A stretch of DNA of 57,467 bases, taken from Desulfurococcaceae archaeon (GTDB lineage Archaea; Thermoproteota; Thermoprotei_A; Sulfolobales; Acidilobaceae). The position numbers were made by a program, and so were the translations under genes. Position 1 is the stretch's first letter; each line of letters begins with the position of its first letter. Below the pieces are notes generated by a model. That model worked only from the letters and a program-made list of their open reading frames with translations, was not told the DNA's origin and did not search any database. The DNA lies in assembly GCA_020833325.1 (NCBI GenBank), contig JAJHQN010000001.1, positions 1 through 57,467 of the forward strand. Reading direction: 5' to 3'. Of this stretch, positions 57,198 to 57,467 are shown one piece after another.

Positions 57198-57467
57198 GAC
57201 TTTCAACTCCAAGTATATCTCCCAAACACGCTACGAAGCCCATCTCACCCCGATATCTGGCGGCTGCGTGCAACATGCAACCCACAGGGTAACCCAGGTT
57301 TTAAAGCCTAGCATTCTACAACATCCACTTATGGCGAGGTTACCTAAACCTCCAGTGAGGCTAGGGGCTTTAAGGAGGTTTAATGTTAAACGATGTGCCT
57401 TGAAGCTCGGATCCCTAGATGTAGTCTGTTAGTTGTTTAAATCTAGCTCTCCTCTTAGCTGATGATA

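Noticed and set aside
57331-57432. Short ORF MARLPKPPVRLGALRRFNVKRCALKLGSLDVVC at the right edge
   Set aside because: It is only 33 aa with no motif, it starts within a GCGAGG-type motif, and it lies near the window end. The evidence is insufficient.

Overview
This window is a 57.5-kb chromosomal segment that reads as a hyperthermophilic crenarchaeon, Desulfurococcales-like by gene content; that placement is inference only, since no database search was possible. Archaeal hallmark genes are present: RadA, aIF2-alpha followed by Nop10, an Sm-like protein, a FAU-1-like RNA-binding protein, a TFS/RpoM-like Zn-ribbon protein, and a preflagellin/prepilin peptidase. Secreted proteins carry Thr/Pro-rich linkers and C-terminal TM anchors. 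TTG and GTG starts are frequent, and tRNA-Val(CAC) has a genomically encoded CCA. Gene content is mostly housekeeping plus carbohydrate use. The left end has a CopA ATPase and a glycoside cluster (LmbE-type deacetylase, GH4, MFS, GH1). The centre holds a large maltodextrin/starch locus: cytoplasmic GH13, a membrane-anchored glucodextranase-C-like protein, a 1129-aa GH57 amylopullulanase-like enzyme, and MalK/E/F/G. The remainder is central metabolism: ADP-forming acetyl-CoA synthetase, PRPP synthetase, glycerate 2-kinase, GTP-PEPCK, acyl-CoA dehydrogenase, a hexulose-phosphate synthase-like protein and a peroxiredoxin. I found no CRISPR array, integrase or transposase. Five observations deserve a second look. 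(1) A 66-nt non-coding module is present twice (57/66 identical, ungapped) with a degenerate third copy. It sits next to RNase Z and next to two GC-rich, ORF-free, highly structured blocks that both begin CCGGTGTKGGG; one block has an RNase-P-like pseudoknot topology. (2) A third 300-nt structured ORF-free block carries a tRNA-like T-arm. (3) A membrane-anchored CXXCH (cytochrome-c-like) gene has its signal peptide in a different reading frame from the mature domain. (4) A SelD-like PurM-fold protein is translationally coupled to an acylphosphatase and lies opposite a TusA-like sulfur carrier. (5) A radical-SAM-like protein lacks the CX3CX2C motif. All protein family calls rest on motifs I recognise in the supplied translations, not on searches.
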